64,000 nucleotides of DNA. Source: an uncultured archaeon (lineage in GTDB: Archaea; Thermoproteota; Bathyarchaeia; Bathyarchaeales; Bathycorpusculaceae). The stretch is from positions 1-64,000 of the forward strand of contig CAWALK010000012.1 of NCBI GenBank assembly GCA_963782915.1. The letters run 5' to 3'. Shown here piece after piece: positions 30,936 to 40,918 of this stretch (the stretch's first letter is position 1; each line of letters opens with the position of its first letter). Made by a program: the position numbers and the translations under genes. Under the pieces are notes generated by a model. It saw only the letters and a program-made list of their open reading frames with translations. It was not told the origin of the DNA and ran no database searches.

Positions 30936-32351
30936 ATGGAAAAACTAGGTGTCCTACTGGTTTCTTACGGTGCAAGAGAAGTCGCTATGGCAGATACGCT
31001 TCTGAGAAGCAAAAACTATCAAGTGGAACTCTACGTCGCCGACAAACAATGCAACCCCTACAACGCTAAGCATGCCACAAAACACGCGGTCATTCCAAGT
31101 TTGGACGTTAATGAGATTTGCAAGTTTGCAGAGGCAAACAAGGACAAACTCAATTTTGTTTTAGTAGGCTCCGAGAATCCCATCATTAAGGGCATCCGTG
31201 ACTTAATCGAATCCAAAGTCGGCATCCCAGTTATCTGCCCCAAAAAGGCATACGCCATCGAAGAAAGCAAAGTAGCACAACGTGTGCTCTTCGAAGAGAT
31301 AGCGCCCGAAGCCAATCCAAGATTCAAAGTTTTCAATCCATCCGATTACAAAACCGAAGCCGACGCAAAAGTTGCCGTTTACAAGTGGCTCGACGAATTA
31401 GACAACCAAGCCGTAGTCAAACCCGACAAACCCGCATTGGGCAAAGGCGTCGGCGTCTGGGGAGACCACTTCGCAAACCGAGAACAACTCTGGGAACACT
31501 TCCTATCCAACTTCAAATACAGCTCAGTCATCATCGAGGAAAAAGTTCCAGGCGAAGAATCCAGTTGCATGGGCTTCTGCGATGGCAAACACTTCATCCC
31601 ATTGCCAGACACACGCGACTACAAACGCGCATTTGACGATGACCGTGGACCAAACACTGGCGGCATGGGTTCCTACAAGGACGCCAAAGATTACCTGCCA
31701 TTCCTAACAGCAGAGGACCGCAAAGCAGAATTGGCGTTAGCCGACAAAGTCTTCAGGGGCTGGAAAGCAAAAATCCCCGACGAAACCGCACTCCGCGGAG
31801 TCCCACTATACCTCGCCTTTATGCACACGGGCAAAGGCATCAAAATCTTAGAAATTAACAGTCGACCTGGCGACCCCGAAATCATGAACCTGCTCCCAAT
31901 CATAAAAGACGACTTCGCAGATGTCTGCCTCAGAATGGTAGAAGGCAACCTCAAGAGCGTCGCCATGGAAAAGTCAGCGACCGTGTTAACCTACAAGGTT
32001 CCAGCTGACTATGGCGGATACGCAGATGTGCACCCTAATTTGGTGGATAAAGCCACAGTCAATTCTCCCGTTGACCTCTCAAAAGCCGAAGCCCTAACCA
32101 AAAAATACGGCGACAAAATCCGCATCTACCCAGGGTCAATGGAACTCAGAGACGGCAAAAACTACGCCCTCAAATCCAGAGCCATCGGCATCTTAGGCAT
32201 CGGTGACAGCATCGAGGAAGCCCGCCAAATCAGCCAAGAAGGAGCCAAAGCCATAACAGGCGGCGCACTCTGGAACCGCACCGACGTCGCAGCCAAAAAC
32301 CACATCCAAAAAAGCGTCACTAACATGGAGCAGTTGAGGAACAAGGCTTGA
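30936..32351 (+). CDS. purD: Phosphoribosylamine-glycine ligase
   Basis: IEESK, VVKPD..GKGV, DYKRAFDDDRGPNTGGMGS, LEINSRPGDPE. Confidence 0.95.
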   Translation: MEKLGVLLVSYGAREVAMADTLLRSKNYQVELYVADKQCNPYNAKHATKHAVIPSLDVNEICKFAEANKDKLNFVLVGSENPIIKGIRDLIESKVGIPVICPKKAYAIEESKVAQRVLFEEIAPEANPRFKVFNPSDYKTEADAKVAVYKWLDELDNQAVVKPDKPALGKGVGVWGDHFANREQLWEHFLSNFKYSSVIIEEKVPGEESSCMGFCDGKHFIPLPDTRDYKRAFDDDRGPNTGGMGSYKDAKDYLPFLTAEDRKAELALADKVFRGWKAKIPDETALRGVPLYLAFMHTGKGIKILEINSRPGDPEIMNLLPIIKDDFADVCLRMVEGNLKSVAMEKSATVLTYKVPADYGGYADVHPNLVDKATVNSPVDLSKAEALTKKYGDKIRIYPGSMELRDGKNYALKSRAIGILGIGDSIEEARQISQEGAKAITGGALWNRTDVAAKNHIQKSVTNMEQLRNKA

Positions 32352-33430
32352 AGCGCCTCTTCGTCTCCGACTGCGAAGGACCCATCAGCAAAAACGACAA
32401 CGCCTTTGAGTTAGCGGAGAATTTTATTCCTAACGGCGACAAACTCTTCGCCAATATAAGCAAATACGACGATGTACTCGCCGATATTATTCATAAACCC
32501 GATTACTCGGCGGGCAGCACCCTAAAACTGATTTTGCCCTTCTTCAAAGCATACGGCATAACCGACCGCCAAATGGAAGAGTTCTCAGAACAAAACATCG
32601 TCTTAATCGCCAACAGCCAAACCACCCTGCAGCATGTGCAGCAGATAGCCGACGCCTTCATCGTTAGCACCAGCTACGAACACTACATCCGAGCCCTATG
32701 CAAAGCAGTTGATTTTCCATACAAGAACACTTACTGCACAAAAGTAAGCCTCGACAAAACCCCCATAACACAACAAGAAACAGAACAACTCAAAGTAATC
32801 GCGCAGGAAATCGCCCAAATGCGCATAATCGACATCCCCGCAAGCGTAACCTGCATTGAAGATTTTTCGCACTGCGACCAAACACTCATTCAGCGGTTGG
32901 ATGAAATTTTCTGGAGTGAAATCCCCAAAATGTTCGTGGGCAAATTGCTCACTGACGTGGTAACCGTTGGTGGGGAACAGAAAGCAGAATCCATCCGTGA
33001 CGCAGCAAAACGCCTCCACGCCGAACTTGCGGATGTTATGTATGTGGGCGACAGCATAACCGACGTAGAAGCCTTCAAACTGGTGCGGGCTAACGGCGGC
33101 TTATCGGTATCCTTCAACGGCAACAACTACGCCGTCAAAAACGCTGAAGTAGCAGTACAATCCGAAAGCAACATAGTAACCGCTGTAATCGCCGACTTAT
33201 TCTGCAAATACGGCAAAGAACAAACCATCAAAGCCCTGAGCGCATGGAACATTGAAACCCTAAAACAAAACCACGTAGACGAAGCATTACTCAAACAACT
33301 CACCAAACTATACCCAGAAACCCTGCCGAAGGTTCAAATAGTCACAACCAAAAATATGGACATAATAGTCAAAGAGAGCAGCGCGTTCAGAAAACAAGTT
33401 AGAGGCATAAGCATAGGAAGATTGGGTTAA
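32348..33430 (+). CDS. HAD-superfamily phosphohydrolase, EhaR-like
   Basis: Motif I SDCEGP..DNAFEL, STSY, YVGDSITDVEA, SFNGNNYA; start overlaps the purD stop. Confidence 0.8.
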   Translation: MKRLFVSDCEGPISKNDNAFELAENFIPNGDKLFANISKYDDVLADIIHKPDYSAGSTLKLILPFFKAYGITDRQMEEFSEQNIVLIANSQTTLQHVQQIADAFIVSTSYEHYIRALCKAVDFPYKNTYCTKVSLDKTPITQQETEQLKVIAQEIAQMRIIDIPASVTCIEDFSHCDQTLIQRLDEIFWSEIPKMFVGKLLTDVVTVGGEQKAESIRDAAKRLHAELADVMYVGDSITDVEAFKLVRANGGLSVSFNGNNYAVKNAEVAVQSESNIVTAVIADLFCKYGKEQTIKALSAWNIETLKQNHVDEALLKQLTKLYPETLPKVQIVTTKNMDIIVKESSAFRKQVRGISIGRLG

Positions 33431-34336
33431 TTGAATAAAAAAATTGATGATACTTACATTGAAGCATTCGCAGGCATTTTCTGCCGCGTAATCGTTACTG
33501 CAGACGATTTGGAAACCGTGCGGAAAGCAGCTGAAGATGCAACCGCAACACCATCCGTTGTGATTGGCAGAACCGAGGGCGGCATAGAAAAATACCTCAC
33601 CGAAAAACAAACCCCCGACGGACGCCAAGGCGCCATTTTACAGTTCTGGGGCGAAATCAACCCAAAAAAGACCTTCCCCGAATCACTCAAGAAATTCGAG
33701 ACTGAACTCTCTTACCGCATCCGCCAAGACATACTCGTTAAACCCTTCACAGCAGTCTACGATGCACTGCCAAGATCTGAAGGCAAACTCGACATGATGG
33801 AGCGTGTAGGTCACTGCGGCGACGGCTACGAATGGGTAGAGCAACGTAATGGCAGAGAAGTCATCGTTGTCCCCTTGATGGTTCCAGACTTCGTTATCGA
33901 ACGCTACATTGGCTATGCCCGCGGAGTTATGGGCGGCAACTTCTGGATAATGTGCACCACCAAAGACGCCCTCAAAGAAGCAGGCGCAAGAGCATTAAAG
34001 GCAATTCACAAAGTGCATGGCGCAGTAACCACCTTTGACATCTGCTCAGCAGGTTCCAAACCCGAAACCCATTTCCCACAGATTGGTCCCACAACCAACC
34101 ACCTCTATTGCCCCTCACTCAAGAAACGTTTAGGCAAGGAATCATTAGTTCCAAACGGAGTGGGCTACATCGCAGAAATCGTCTACGACGGAATGTCCCT
34201 TGATGCAATTAAAGAAGCCACTAAAGTAGGAATCAAAGCAGTCGTAGACATAGAAGGCGTAGTACGTGTCTCCGCAGGCAACTATGGCGGCAAACTAGGC
34301 GAATATAAAATACAATTAAATGAGTTGTTTGTATGA
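33431..34336 (+). CDS. Formylmethanofuran:H4MPT formyltransferase-like paralog (EhaS-like)
   Basis: [39 protein letters not shown]; [10 protein letters not shown] and GHCGDG differ from canonical Ftr. Confidence 0.88.
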   Translation: MNKKIDDTYIEAFAGIFCRVIVTADDLETVRKAAEDATATPSVVIGRTEGGIEKYLTEKQTPDGRQGAILQFWGEINPKKTFPESLKKFETELSYRIRQDILVKPFTAVYDALPRSEGKLDMMERVGHCGDGYEWVEQRNGREVIVVPLMVPDFVIERYIGYARGVMGGNFWIMCTTKDALKEAGARALKAIHKVHGAVTTFDICSAGSKPETHFPQIGPTTNHLYCPSLKKRLGKESLVPNGVGYIAEIVYDGMSLDAIKEATKVGIKAVVDIEGVVRVSAGNYGGKLGEYKIQLNELFV

Positions 34337-35248
34337 CAAAGTTTGATGTTATCGGTTTCGGCGCACTCAACGTTGACACATTGCTAAAAGTTGACAAAAT
34401 CGCTGGTGCTGAAGAGGAAAGCTTCATCCGCGACTACACAGAAGCCTGCGGCGGTTCAGCAGCAAACACCATCGTTGGGTTAGCGCGTCTTGGCTGCAAA
34501 GTGGGCTTCATCGGCAAAGTCGCAGATGACCACGAAGGCAACCTCCAAATTGACTGCTTCAAAGCCGAAGGCGTAAACACCGACGGCATCATCCACTCGC
34601 CAAAAGGCAAAAGCGGCGTCTGCCTCGGCTTCGTAGACAAAAAAGGCGCAAGAGCACTCTACATTAACCCAGGCGTAAACGACATCATCGAACCCAGAGA
34701 ACTCCAATATGAATACGTTTCACAAACCGAAATATCTGCACCTGTCTTCCTTTGTTGGCGAAAAATCTTTCCGAGCCCAAAAGAAAGTCCTAAGCGGCTT
34801 GCCTGAAGGCGTCAAAATCAGCTTCGACCCAGGCTCCCTCTATGCACAGAAGGGCTTCTCAGCAATCGAACCCATAATCCAAAACAGCTTTGTGATGATG
34901 CCAAACGCCGTAGAACTTAAACTCATAACTGGCGAATCGGACATTCCCGAAGGCGCAGCTATGCTAATCGGTGCAGGCGTTAAAATCGTCGCAGTTAAAC
35001 TGGGCGATAAAGGCTGCTATGTCACTAACGGCGAAGAAAAGAAAACTATAGCGCCCTTCAAGGTTCCAGTAGTCGACACAACAGGCGCAGGTGACGCATT
35101 CAACGCAGGCTTCCTCTACGGTTTAATCCAGAACAGAACATTGGGCGAGTGCGGTAGAATAGGCAATTTTGTGGCGGCTAAAAGCGTAATGAAGATGGGT
35201 GCGCGCGACGGTTTGCCAAAAGAAGAAGATTTAGCATACCTCGGTTAG
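34333..35248 (+). CDS. PfkB/ribokinase-family kinase, EhaT-like (frameshift near 34725)
   Basis: [29 protein letters not shown]. Confidence 0.9.
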
Positions 35249-35289
35249 CATGTCGCTATCCAACCGCTTTCTCTTCCTTTTCAACTCTT

Positions 35290-35439
35290 TTATGCAATCG
35301 GTAAGGCAATAACCTGCCTTTTTCTCTTGTTTACGGTATGGTCAAGACCGCAAACTGGGCAAAAGACTATTTCGTGGTCAGAAAAGTTCTCGGGGTGAAA
35401 ATCGAATTTTCCGTCGCATCCAACACATTTTACCTTCAA
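35290..35439 (-). CDS. Small zinc-ribbon protein, 49 aa (below the ORF-track cutoff)
   Basis: MKVKCVGCDGKFDFHPENFSDHEIVFCPVCGLDHTVNKRKRQVIALPIA; TTG start with GGAG upstream. Confidence 0.7.
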   Translation of the reverse strand: MKVKCVGCDGKFDFHPENFSDHEIVFCPVCGLDHTVNKRKRQVIALPIA

Positions 35440-35463
35440 CTCGGTTTTCTCCTTACTCCTTAC

Positions 35464-35646
35464 TTAGAATTCGAAGTACTCCAGTTCTAAGCCTCTGCCT
35501 TTATTCACGGTAACTAAGTTGCCTCCACATACTGGGCATGGAACAAGCTGGTATTCCCCGACTTGGTCATACTCAAAGCTTTTTTCACATAGTGGGCAGG
35601 TGAATTTTATTGGGGTGGATTGAAGTGTTTGCATTTTGCTCTCCAC
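35464..35646 (-). CDS. Small LysW-like zinc-ribbon protein
   Basis: CPLC..CPVCG; ends ELEYFEF, without EDWGE. Confidence 0.75.
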   Translation of the reverse strand: MESKMQTLQSTPIKFTCPLCEKSFEYDQVGEYQLVPCPVCGGNLVTVNKGRGLELEYFEF

Positions 35647-35737
35647 TCTTTAATTGTCTATTTAGAGATAAGAGAAATATGTTAGTAGAAAATAGAAACT
35701 ATATAGAAAGATGAGTGTTCTAAAAGAGGAGCGGTAA

Positions 35738-35813
35738 ATGCTTCCACATCCACACCGCGGTGGTTTGTGCATGGAGCTATGTTGGGTGTGTGGAGAAAAA
35801 ACGATTATCCCAA
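35738..35813 (+). repeat. Dispersed CCACATCCACAC element, partial copy A
   Basis: Homologous to 56691-56865 and the reverse complement of 62401-62581. Confidence 0.7.
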
Positions 35814-35993
35814 CAGTTATCAAAATTCGGTTACCTGCTTGAGGAATCAGCCACAACCATCCTGCAATAAGGAAGGGACGCAGATGCTAAAAAGCAATCA
35901 AAAACACAAGCTGTTGGTTGTTGTTGTGTATAGCAGCTTTTCGCCAACAACACCCTGAGAAAAAACAAAAGAGGGGCTAAAAAAGTAGAAAGC

Positions 35994-36863
35994 CTAAATT
36001 TCGCTTCCAACTGGTACAGCAAACGTACTCCCAAATGTGCTCTTCGAACAAGTTTTGGTTAGTTTGTTGATGATGCTTTGGAAAATGTATTTTCCGTGAC
36101 CATACTGAAGCATCTGGCTTTCTTTTGTCCAGCCTGGCAGCTGCCACCAATACATCGCCCTCTCAGGATGCGGCATCAAACCGAAGATGTTGCCTTCCTT
36201 GTTGCATATGCCTGCTATGTCATAGAAGCTGCCGTTGGGGTTTTGGGGGTATTTGCCTTCTGCTACTGTGCCGTCTTTGCTGCAGTAACGGAAAACAAGC
36301 ATGTCCTCGTCAACGAGCTTCTTGAGCAATGCTTCTTCTTTTTCTTTGGGGAATAGTAGTCTGCCTTCGCCATGCGCAATTGGTAACTGGATGGTTTTGC
36401 CTTGTGGAATGCCGTCGGTGAAGGCGCATTTGCCTTTGTTCTCCTGTTTGAGGTAAACCCATTTACATTTGAAACCTGCTGGTTCATTAGTGGTCAATGT
36501 AGCTTCGGGGTAATCGCTGATGCCCTCGAAACCTGGTAGCAAACCGTATTCAACCAAGATTTGGAAGCCGTTACATATGCCAAGGATGGGTCTGCCTTCG
36601 TCAACGAAGCTTTGGATTTCTTTGCCCAGATTCGCTGAGAGGTGCCTTGCGAAGATGACGCCTGAACGCACATAGTCACCATACGAGAAGCCGCCTGGGA
36701 AAACCAGCATGCTATAGTCGAGTAGGTTGCGGCGTTTGATCATGTCGCTGACTTGGACAACTTCAGCTTGTACACCGAGTTCAGTGAATGCTCTTTGGGT
36801 TTCGGCGTCGCAGTTAGTTCCGCCAACGCGTAGTACGCAGACTTTGATGTCTTCGTGGTTCAT
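35994..36863 (-). CDS. purQ: FGAM synthase glutaminase subunit
   Basis: GTNCD, PGGFSYGDY, LGICNGFQ, IAHGEG, NPNGS, MPHPER. Confidence 0.97.
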   Translation of the reverse strand: MNHEDIKVCVLRVGGTNCDAETQRAFTELGVQAEVVQVSDMIKRRNLLDYSMLVFPGGFSYGDYVRSGVIFARHLSANLGKEIQSFVDEGRPILGICNGFQILVEYGLLPGFEGISDYPEATLTTNEPAGFKCKWVYLKQENKGKCAFTDGIPQGKTIQLPIAHGEGRLLFPKEKEEALLKKLVDEDMLVFRYCSKDGTVAEGKYPQNPNGSFYDIAGICNKEGNIFGLMPHPERAMYWWQLPGWTKESQMLQYGHGKYIFQSIINKLTKTCSKSTFGSTFAVPVGSEI

Positions 36864-39247
36864 TGTGTTGTCTCCTCTGGGTTGAGGGTTTTTTTCCAGC
36901 TTTGCCGCAGCTTATCCAGCGGTGCATCAACGACGATTTCGCCGTTTAAGCCAGTTATGCTTAGTTTTGGTTCTTTGGTTACTATGCCGATTTGGCTGCA
37001 GTTTTTGCCTTTCATAAGTTCTTCGAAGTCCTCTTTGTCCCTTTGTGCGACTTCGATTAGGAAGCGGCTGTTGGATTCTGAGAACAGCACAAAATCGTTG
37101 CGCGCTACATCTTTGACGGGTACCATTTGCAGGTTAATTTCTAAGCCTAAGCCGCTTGCAAACGCCATCTCCGCCGCAGCCACCGCCAATCCGCCCTCGG
37201 AGAGGTCATGGCACGATTTCACCATGCCAAAATCGATGGCTTTAGTAACCACATTAAACGTGCGTTTAGCTTTGCCGCCGTGCACTTTAGGCACAGACGC
37301 GCCTAAGTAACCTTTGAGTTTGTAATATTCGCTGCCGCCTAGTTCAGGATAGGTTTCGCCTATGATGTAGATGGGGTTGCCTGCTTCTTTGAGGTCAACG
37401 GAGACGGTTAATTCGATGTTGGGGTTAACGCCGATTGCTGTGATGAGCAATGTTGGGGTTACGGGTCCGAGTGGGGATTCGTTGTAGAGGCTGTCTTTGC
37501 CTGAGATAAACGGTGTTTTGAACATGACTGCAAAGTCGTAGCATGCTTCACAGGCGCGTACTAGTGAGCCGAGGCGTTCTGTTTTTTCTGGGTTGCCCCA
37601 GGTGAAGTTGTCTAAGATGGCGATTCTTCTGCCGCCTACTGCGATGTTGTTGCGTATGGCTTCGTCGATTGCTGAAGCTGCCATCCAGTATGGATCGATT
37701 TTGCCGTAGTTTGGGTTCATGCCGCAGCTGATGACTAAGCCTTTGATGGAGTCATCGACTGGTTTGAGCACTGCCGCATCGTTGGGTCCAGCATAATCGC
37801 CTTGCAATGGCTTGAGTAGGGTGTTGCCTTTGACTTCATGGTCGTAGGTGCGGATTACTGCTTCTTTGCTGGCAATGTTGGGCGCCGCAAGCAGTTGCAG
37901 AAGTGTTTCTGTGAGGTCAGCTGGCTCCGCAAACTCTGGTTCCACAAGTTTGGGTGTTTCGATTGTGGCGATTTTAGTGGTTTCACATGGGCTGAAGAGG
38001 AATTCCATGTCGATGTCTGAGACTAACTCGCCGTTGTAGCTGAGCTGCAATCGTCTCTCTGGAATAAGTTGACCAATAGCTGTTGCGAGGACATCTTCTC
38101 TTTCGAAAATCGTCATAACCCGCTCCAAGTTCTCGGCAGGTATAGTCATGAGCATGCGTTCTTGTGATTCAGAAAGATAAATCTCCCAAGGCGACAATCC
38201 CTGATATTTCAAGGGAACTTTGCCAAGGTCAACCGCGACTCCGCAGTTGAAGCGTTCACCTGTTTCGCCCACAGCTGAGGATAAGCCTCCGCCGCCTATG
38301 TCAGTTATAGCTGAGCCCAATTGTAAGTCTCGGATTGCAACCACTGCCCGTTTGACTTTCTCTTCCTCGATGGGATCGGCGATTTGGACTGCTGGGCGGC
38401 TGATTTCCTCTGATTTTTCGGTGAGTTCGGCTGATGCGAAGGTTACGCCGTGGATGCCGTCGCGTCCTGTTTTTCCGCCTGATAATACTATGTAGTCGCC
38501 GACTTTGGCGCTTTTAACGTATTTGTCGAGTGGGAGTAGTCCGATGCAGCCGCAGTAGACGACGACGTTTCCTGTGTAGGATTCGTCGAAGTATATTGCG
38601 CCGTTAACGGTTGGGATGCCCATGTTATTGCCATATGCGCTGATGCCTGCGGTGACGCCCCGATAGATGTATTTGGGGTGTTTTACGCCTGCAGGTAACT
38701 TGTTATAATCATAATCTAGGGGACCAAAACCTAAGACGTCTGTGCATGCGATTGGGTCTGCCCATACGCCTAAGATGTCTCGGATGACGCCGCCGACACC
38801 TGTTGCTGCACCGCCAAAAGGCTCCACCGCTGAGGGGTGATTGTGGGTTTCCACTTTCGCTGCGATGCCATAGCCCTTATCGAATTTGACAATCCCCGCG
38901 TTGTCTTCAAAAACGCTAAAGCACCATGGCGCCTTAATTTCCTTCGTTGCTTTGGCTAGGTATGTTTTGAATAGGCTGTTGATTTCTTTGCCGTCGAGTT
39001 TGATTTTGCCTTTGAAGGTTTTGTGGCAGCAGTGTTCACTCCACGATTGGCTAATCGTTTGCAACTCGACGTCGGTTGGGTTGCGGTTTTCTTTTTTGAA
39101 GTAAGCTTGAATAACCGATAGTTCCTCTGCACTGAAGCCCAATGCGAGTTCGCTGTTGATTTCAGCTAACTGCTCGGGTGTGGCTTTGGCTGTTTGGATT
39201 TCTAGAACAGGGCTGTTTTTGCGCTGTGCAATGAGGTCGGCGTTCAT
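36860..39247 (-). CDS. purL: FGAM synthase subunit PurL
   Basis: WSEHCCHK, ETHNHPS, GGAATGVGG, SESQERM, YDHEV, HDLSEGG. Confidence 0.98.
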   Translation of the reverse strand: MNADLIAQRKNSPVLEIQTAKATPEQLAEINSELALGFSAEELSVIQAYFKKENRNPTDVELQTISQSWSEHCCHKTFKGKIKLDGKEINSLFKTYLAKATKEIKAPWCFSVFEDNAGIVKFDKGYGIAAKVETHNHPSAVEPFGGAATGVGGVIRDILGVWADPIACTDVLGFGPLDYDYNKLPAGVKHPKYIYRGVTAGISAYGNNMGIPTVNGAIYFDESYTGNVVVYCGCIGLLPLDKYVKSAKVGDYIVLSGGKTGRDGIHGVTFASAELTEKSEEISRPAVQIADPIEEEKVKRAVVAIRDLQLGSAITDIGGGGLSSAVGETGERFNCGVAVDLGKVPLKYQGLSPWEIYLSESQERMLMTIPAENLERVMTIFEREDVLATAIGQLIPERRLQLSYNGELVSDIDMEFLFSPCETTKIATIETPKLVEPEFAEPADLTETLLQLLAAPNIASKEAVIRTYDHEVKGNTLLKPLQGDYAGPNDAAVLKPVDDSIKGLVISCGMNPNYGKIDPYWMAASAIDEAIRNNIAVGGRRIAILDNFTWGNPEKTERLGSLVRACEACYDFAVMFKTPFISGKDSLYNESPLGPVTPTLLITAIGVNPNIELTVSVDLKEAGNPIYIIGETYPELGGSEYYKLKGYLGASVPKVHGGKAKRTFNVVTKAIDFGMVKSCHDLSEGGLAVAAAEMAFASGLGLEINLQMVPVKDVARNDFVLFSESNSRFLIEVAQRDKEDFEELMKGKNCSQIGIVTKEPKLSITGLNGEIVVDAPLDKLRQSWKKTLNPEETTQ

Positions 39248-39495
39248 TTCTGTTCAACAACGCTGATTGTGTAGTTGTCTTTAGTTGGGTTAGCCAGTAG
39301 GCGTTTGCTCATTTCTTCCGCTTTCGCCTTCGCTTCAGCAGGAGAGGTTGCTTCCAAAAAGACAGTGTAGACTTTGCTGACATCAACGGCTTCTACTCTA
39401 TAGCCGAGTTCGATGAGGAGTCTTGCGGTGGTTTCGCCTTCCGGGTTGCTGTGTCCGGGTTTGAGGCTGACTTCGATTTTGGCAGCGTATTTCAT
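39244..39495 (-). CDS. purS: FGAM synthase subunit PurS
   Basis: VSLKPG..NPEG..RLLANP. Confidence 0.95.
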   Translation of the reverse strand: MKYAAKIEVSLKPGHSNPEGETTARLLIELGYRVEAVDVSKVYTVFLEATSPAEAKAKAEEMSKRLLANPTKDNYTISVVEQK

Positions 39496-39553
39496 AGTCC
39501 TCTAAATTAAGCAATCGGGATTTAAACGCTTTCGCCACAAACACTGCAAAACT

Positions 39554-40636
39554 CTACGATAGAATCATGTGTTTCTTACCGTGCTCTATCTCGACGACGC
39601 GTTCTTTGTTGGTTACTTTGCCGATTCGCTGTGGTGTGATGCTGTCCTGTTCCAGTACATTCATGGCTTTGTCGATGTCGCTTTTGTCGACGATGATGCC
39701 AAAGCCCCAGCCCATGTTAAAGGTTTTGAACATTTCCTCGTCAGTTACTGTGTAACCTAATTCGGCGGCGGTTTTCTGGATTAAGCCAAAGATTGGTTGG
39801 GGTGTGAAATTGGTGAATTTGAAGCCGATGCCCGGTGAGAAGTTGGCGAGGTTGTTGAATTTGGTGTAGCCGTCGCCTGTAATGTGGACTGCGCCTTTAA
39901 CCTTGACTTCCCGTGCTAACTTGAGCAGCGCTTTAACGTAGATTTTGGTGGGTTCCAAAACTTCAAGCGCTACTTCGCGGTCTAAACCCTCTGGGATGTC
40001 GGTCGCGTCGTATTTGCCTCCCCACTGCTTGAATAGAATCTTGCGTACAAGCGTGATGCCATTGCTGTGGACGCCGCTGCTGGCTAATCCGATGATGGGG
40101 TCGTCTGGTTTTATGTCTTCGCCGGTTATGATGTTTTGGCGCTCCACTTTGCCCACGCAGGAGGCAACCATGTCAAAACCTGAGTTGGGTTTAATGCCCT
40201 TGATGATTTCTGCGACGTCACCTGTTTCGCCGTTCACTATTGGGCATTCGGATTGCTCTGCGCCCGAGATTAAGCCTTTGAGCCATGCGTTGACGAGTTT
40301 AGGTTCACTCGCTACTGCGTGAATGTTATCTGCGAGGGCGAGCGGTGTTGCGCCGCTGCGTATAACATCATTTACCACCATAGCTACGGCGTCGATGCCG
40401 ATGGTGTCATATTTTTCGGCGAGTTCAGCGATTAGGACTTTAGTGCCGACACCTTCGATCTCAAGGTCCAAAAACGTGTCTTCACCGACTGGAAAAATGT
40501 TACTGTAGGGCAAATGCATGATGCCGCCGAAGCCAATGTGCTTATAGGTTTCTTTGAGGCTTGAGAGTGCTTTTTTGGATTCGACGCGTTGGGCTCGGTT
40601 GACGCCGGCGTCTGTGTAGGTGTAGTTTTTGGGCAT
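39554..40636 (-). CDS. purM: AIR synthetase
   Basis: YTDAGV, EGVGTK, GIDAVAMVVND, GET, SSGVHSNG, HITG, TFNMG; likely start at 40636. Confidence 0.96.
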   Translation of the reverse strand: MPKNYTYTDAGVNRAQRVESKKALSSLKETYKHIGFGGIMHLPYSNIFPVGEDTFLDLEIEGVGTKVLIAELAEKYDTIGIDAVAMVVNDVIRSGATPLALADNIHAVASEPKLVNAWLKGLISGAEQSECPIVNGETGDVAEIIKGIKPNSGFDMVASCVGKVERQNIITGEDIKPDDPIIGLASSGVHSNGITLVRKILFKQWGGKYDATDIPEGLDREVALEVLEPTKIYVKALLKLAREVKVKGAVHITGDGYTKFNNLANFSPGIGFKFTNFTPQPIFGLIQKTAAELGYTVTDEEMFKTFNMGWGFGIIVDKSDIDKAMNVLEQDSITPQRIGKVTNKERVVEIEHGKKHMILS

Positions 40637-40918
40637 ACTGGTTCGCCTGTACGCTAATTGTGTAGGTTTCTGTCTGATAACGATTACGTTTGGGGCTGGT
40701 GTCTGTGGATGCTGGGTTGTTTGATTTTTGGTTTTTCTAGTCTTAGAAGAAGGCAGAGACCTCCTATACCCTTCTTCTTCCCGTGGGCTTTGCTGACGGC
40801 TGCTTTTTGGGTTCTGCATTTGCTTTGGGTTGAAGGTTGGTTATGGAGCAAACCGCAAACAGAAGGCAGCAGGGCAACGTTTTAGTGCACATAACCAGCA
40901 CAATACACTTTGATTCAC

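Noticed and set aside
33431-34336. Evidence of methanogenesis or an Eha hydrogenase from the Ftr-like, EhaR-like and MtrH genes
   Set aside because: No mcr, mtrA-G or hydrogenase subunits in the window
35464-35646. lysW / lysine biosynthesis
   Set aside because: Lacks the EDWGE terminus and there are no lysX/Z/Y/J/K neighbours
40637-40819. N-terminal extension of PurM, and a 9-bp hairpin AGAAGAAGG/CCTTCTTCT (40745-40778) as a riboswitch
   Set aside because: The extension is low-complexity and homology starts at MPKNY; a single stem with no purine or ZTP riboswitch consensus is insufficient
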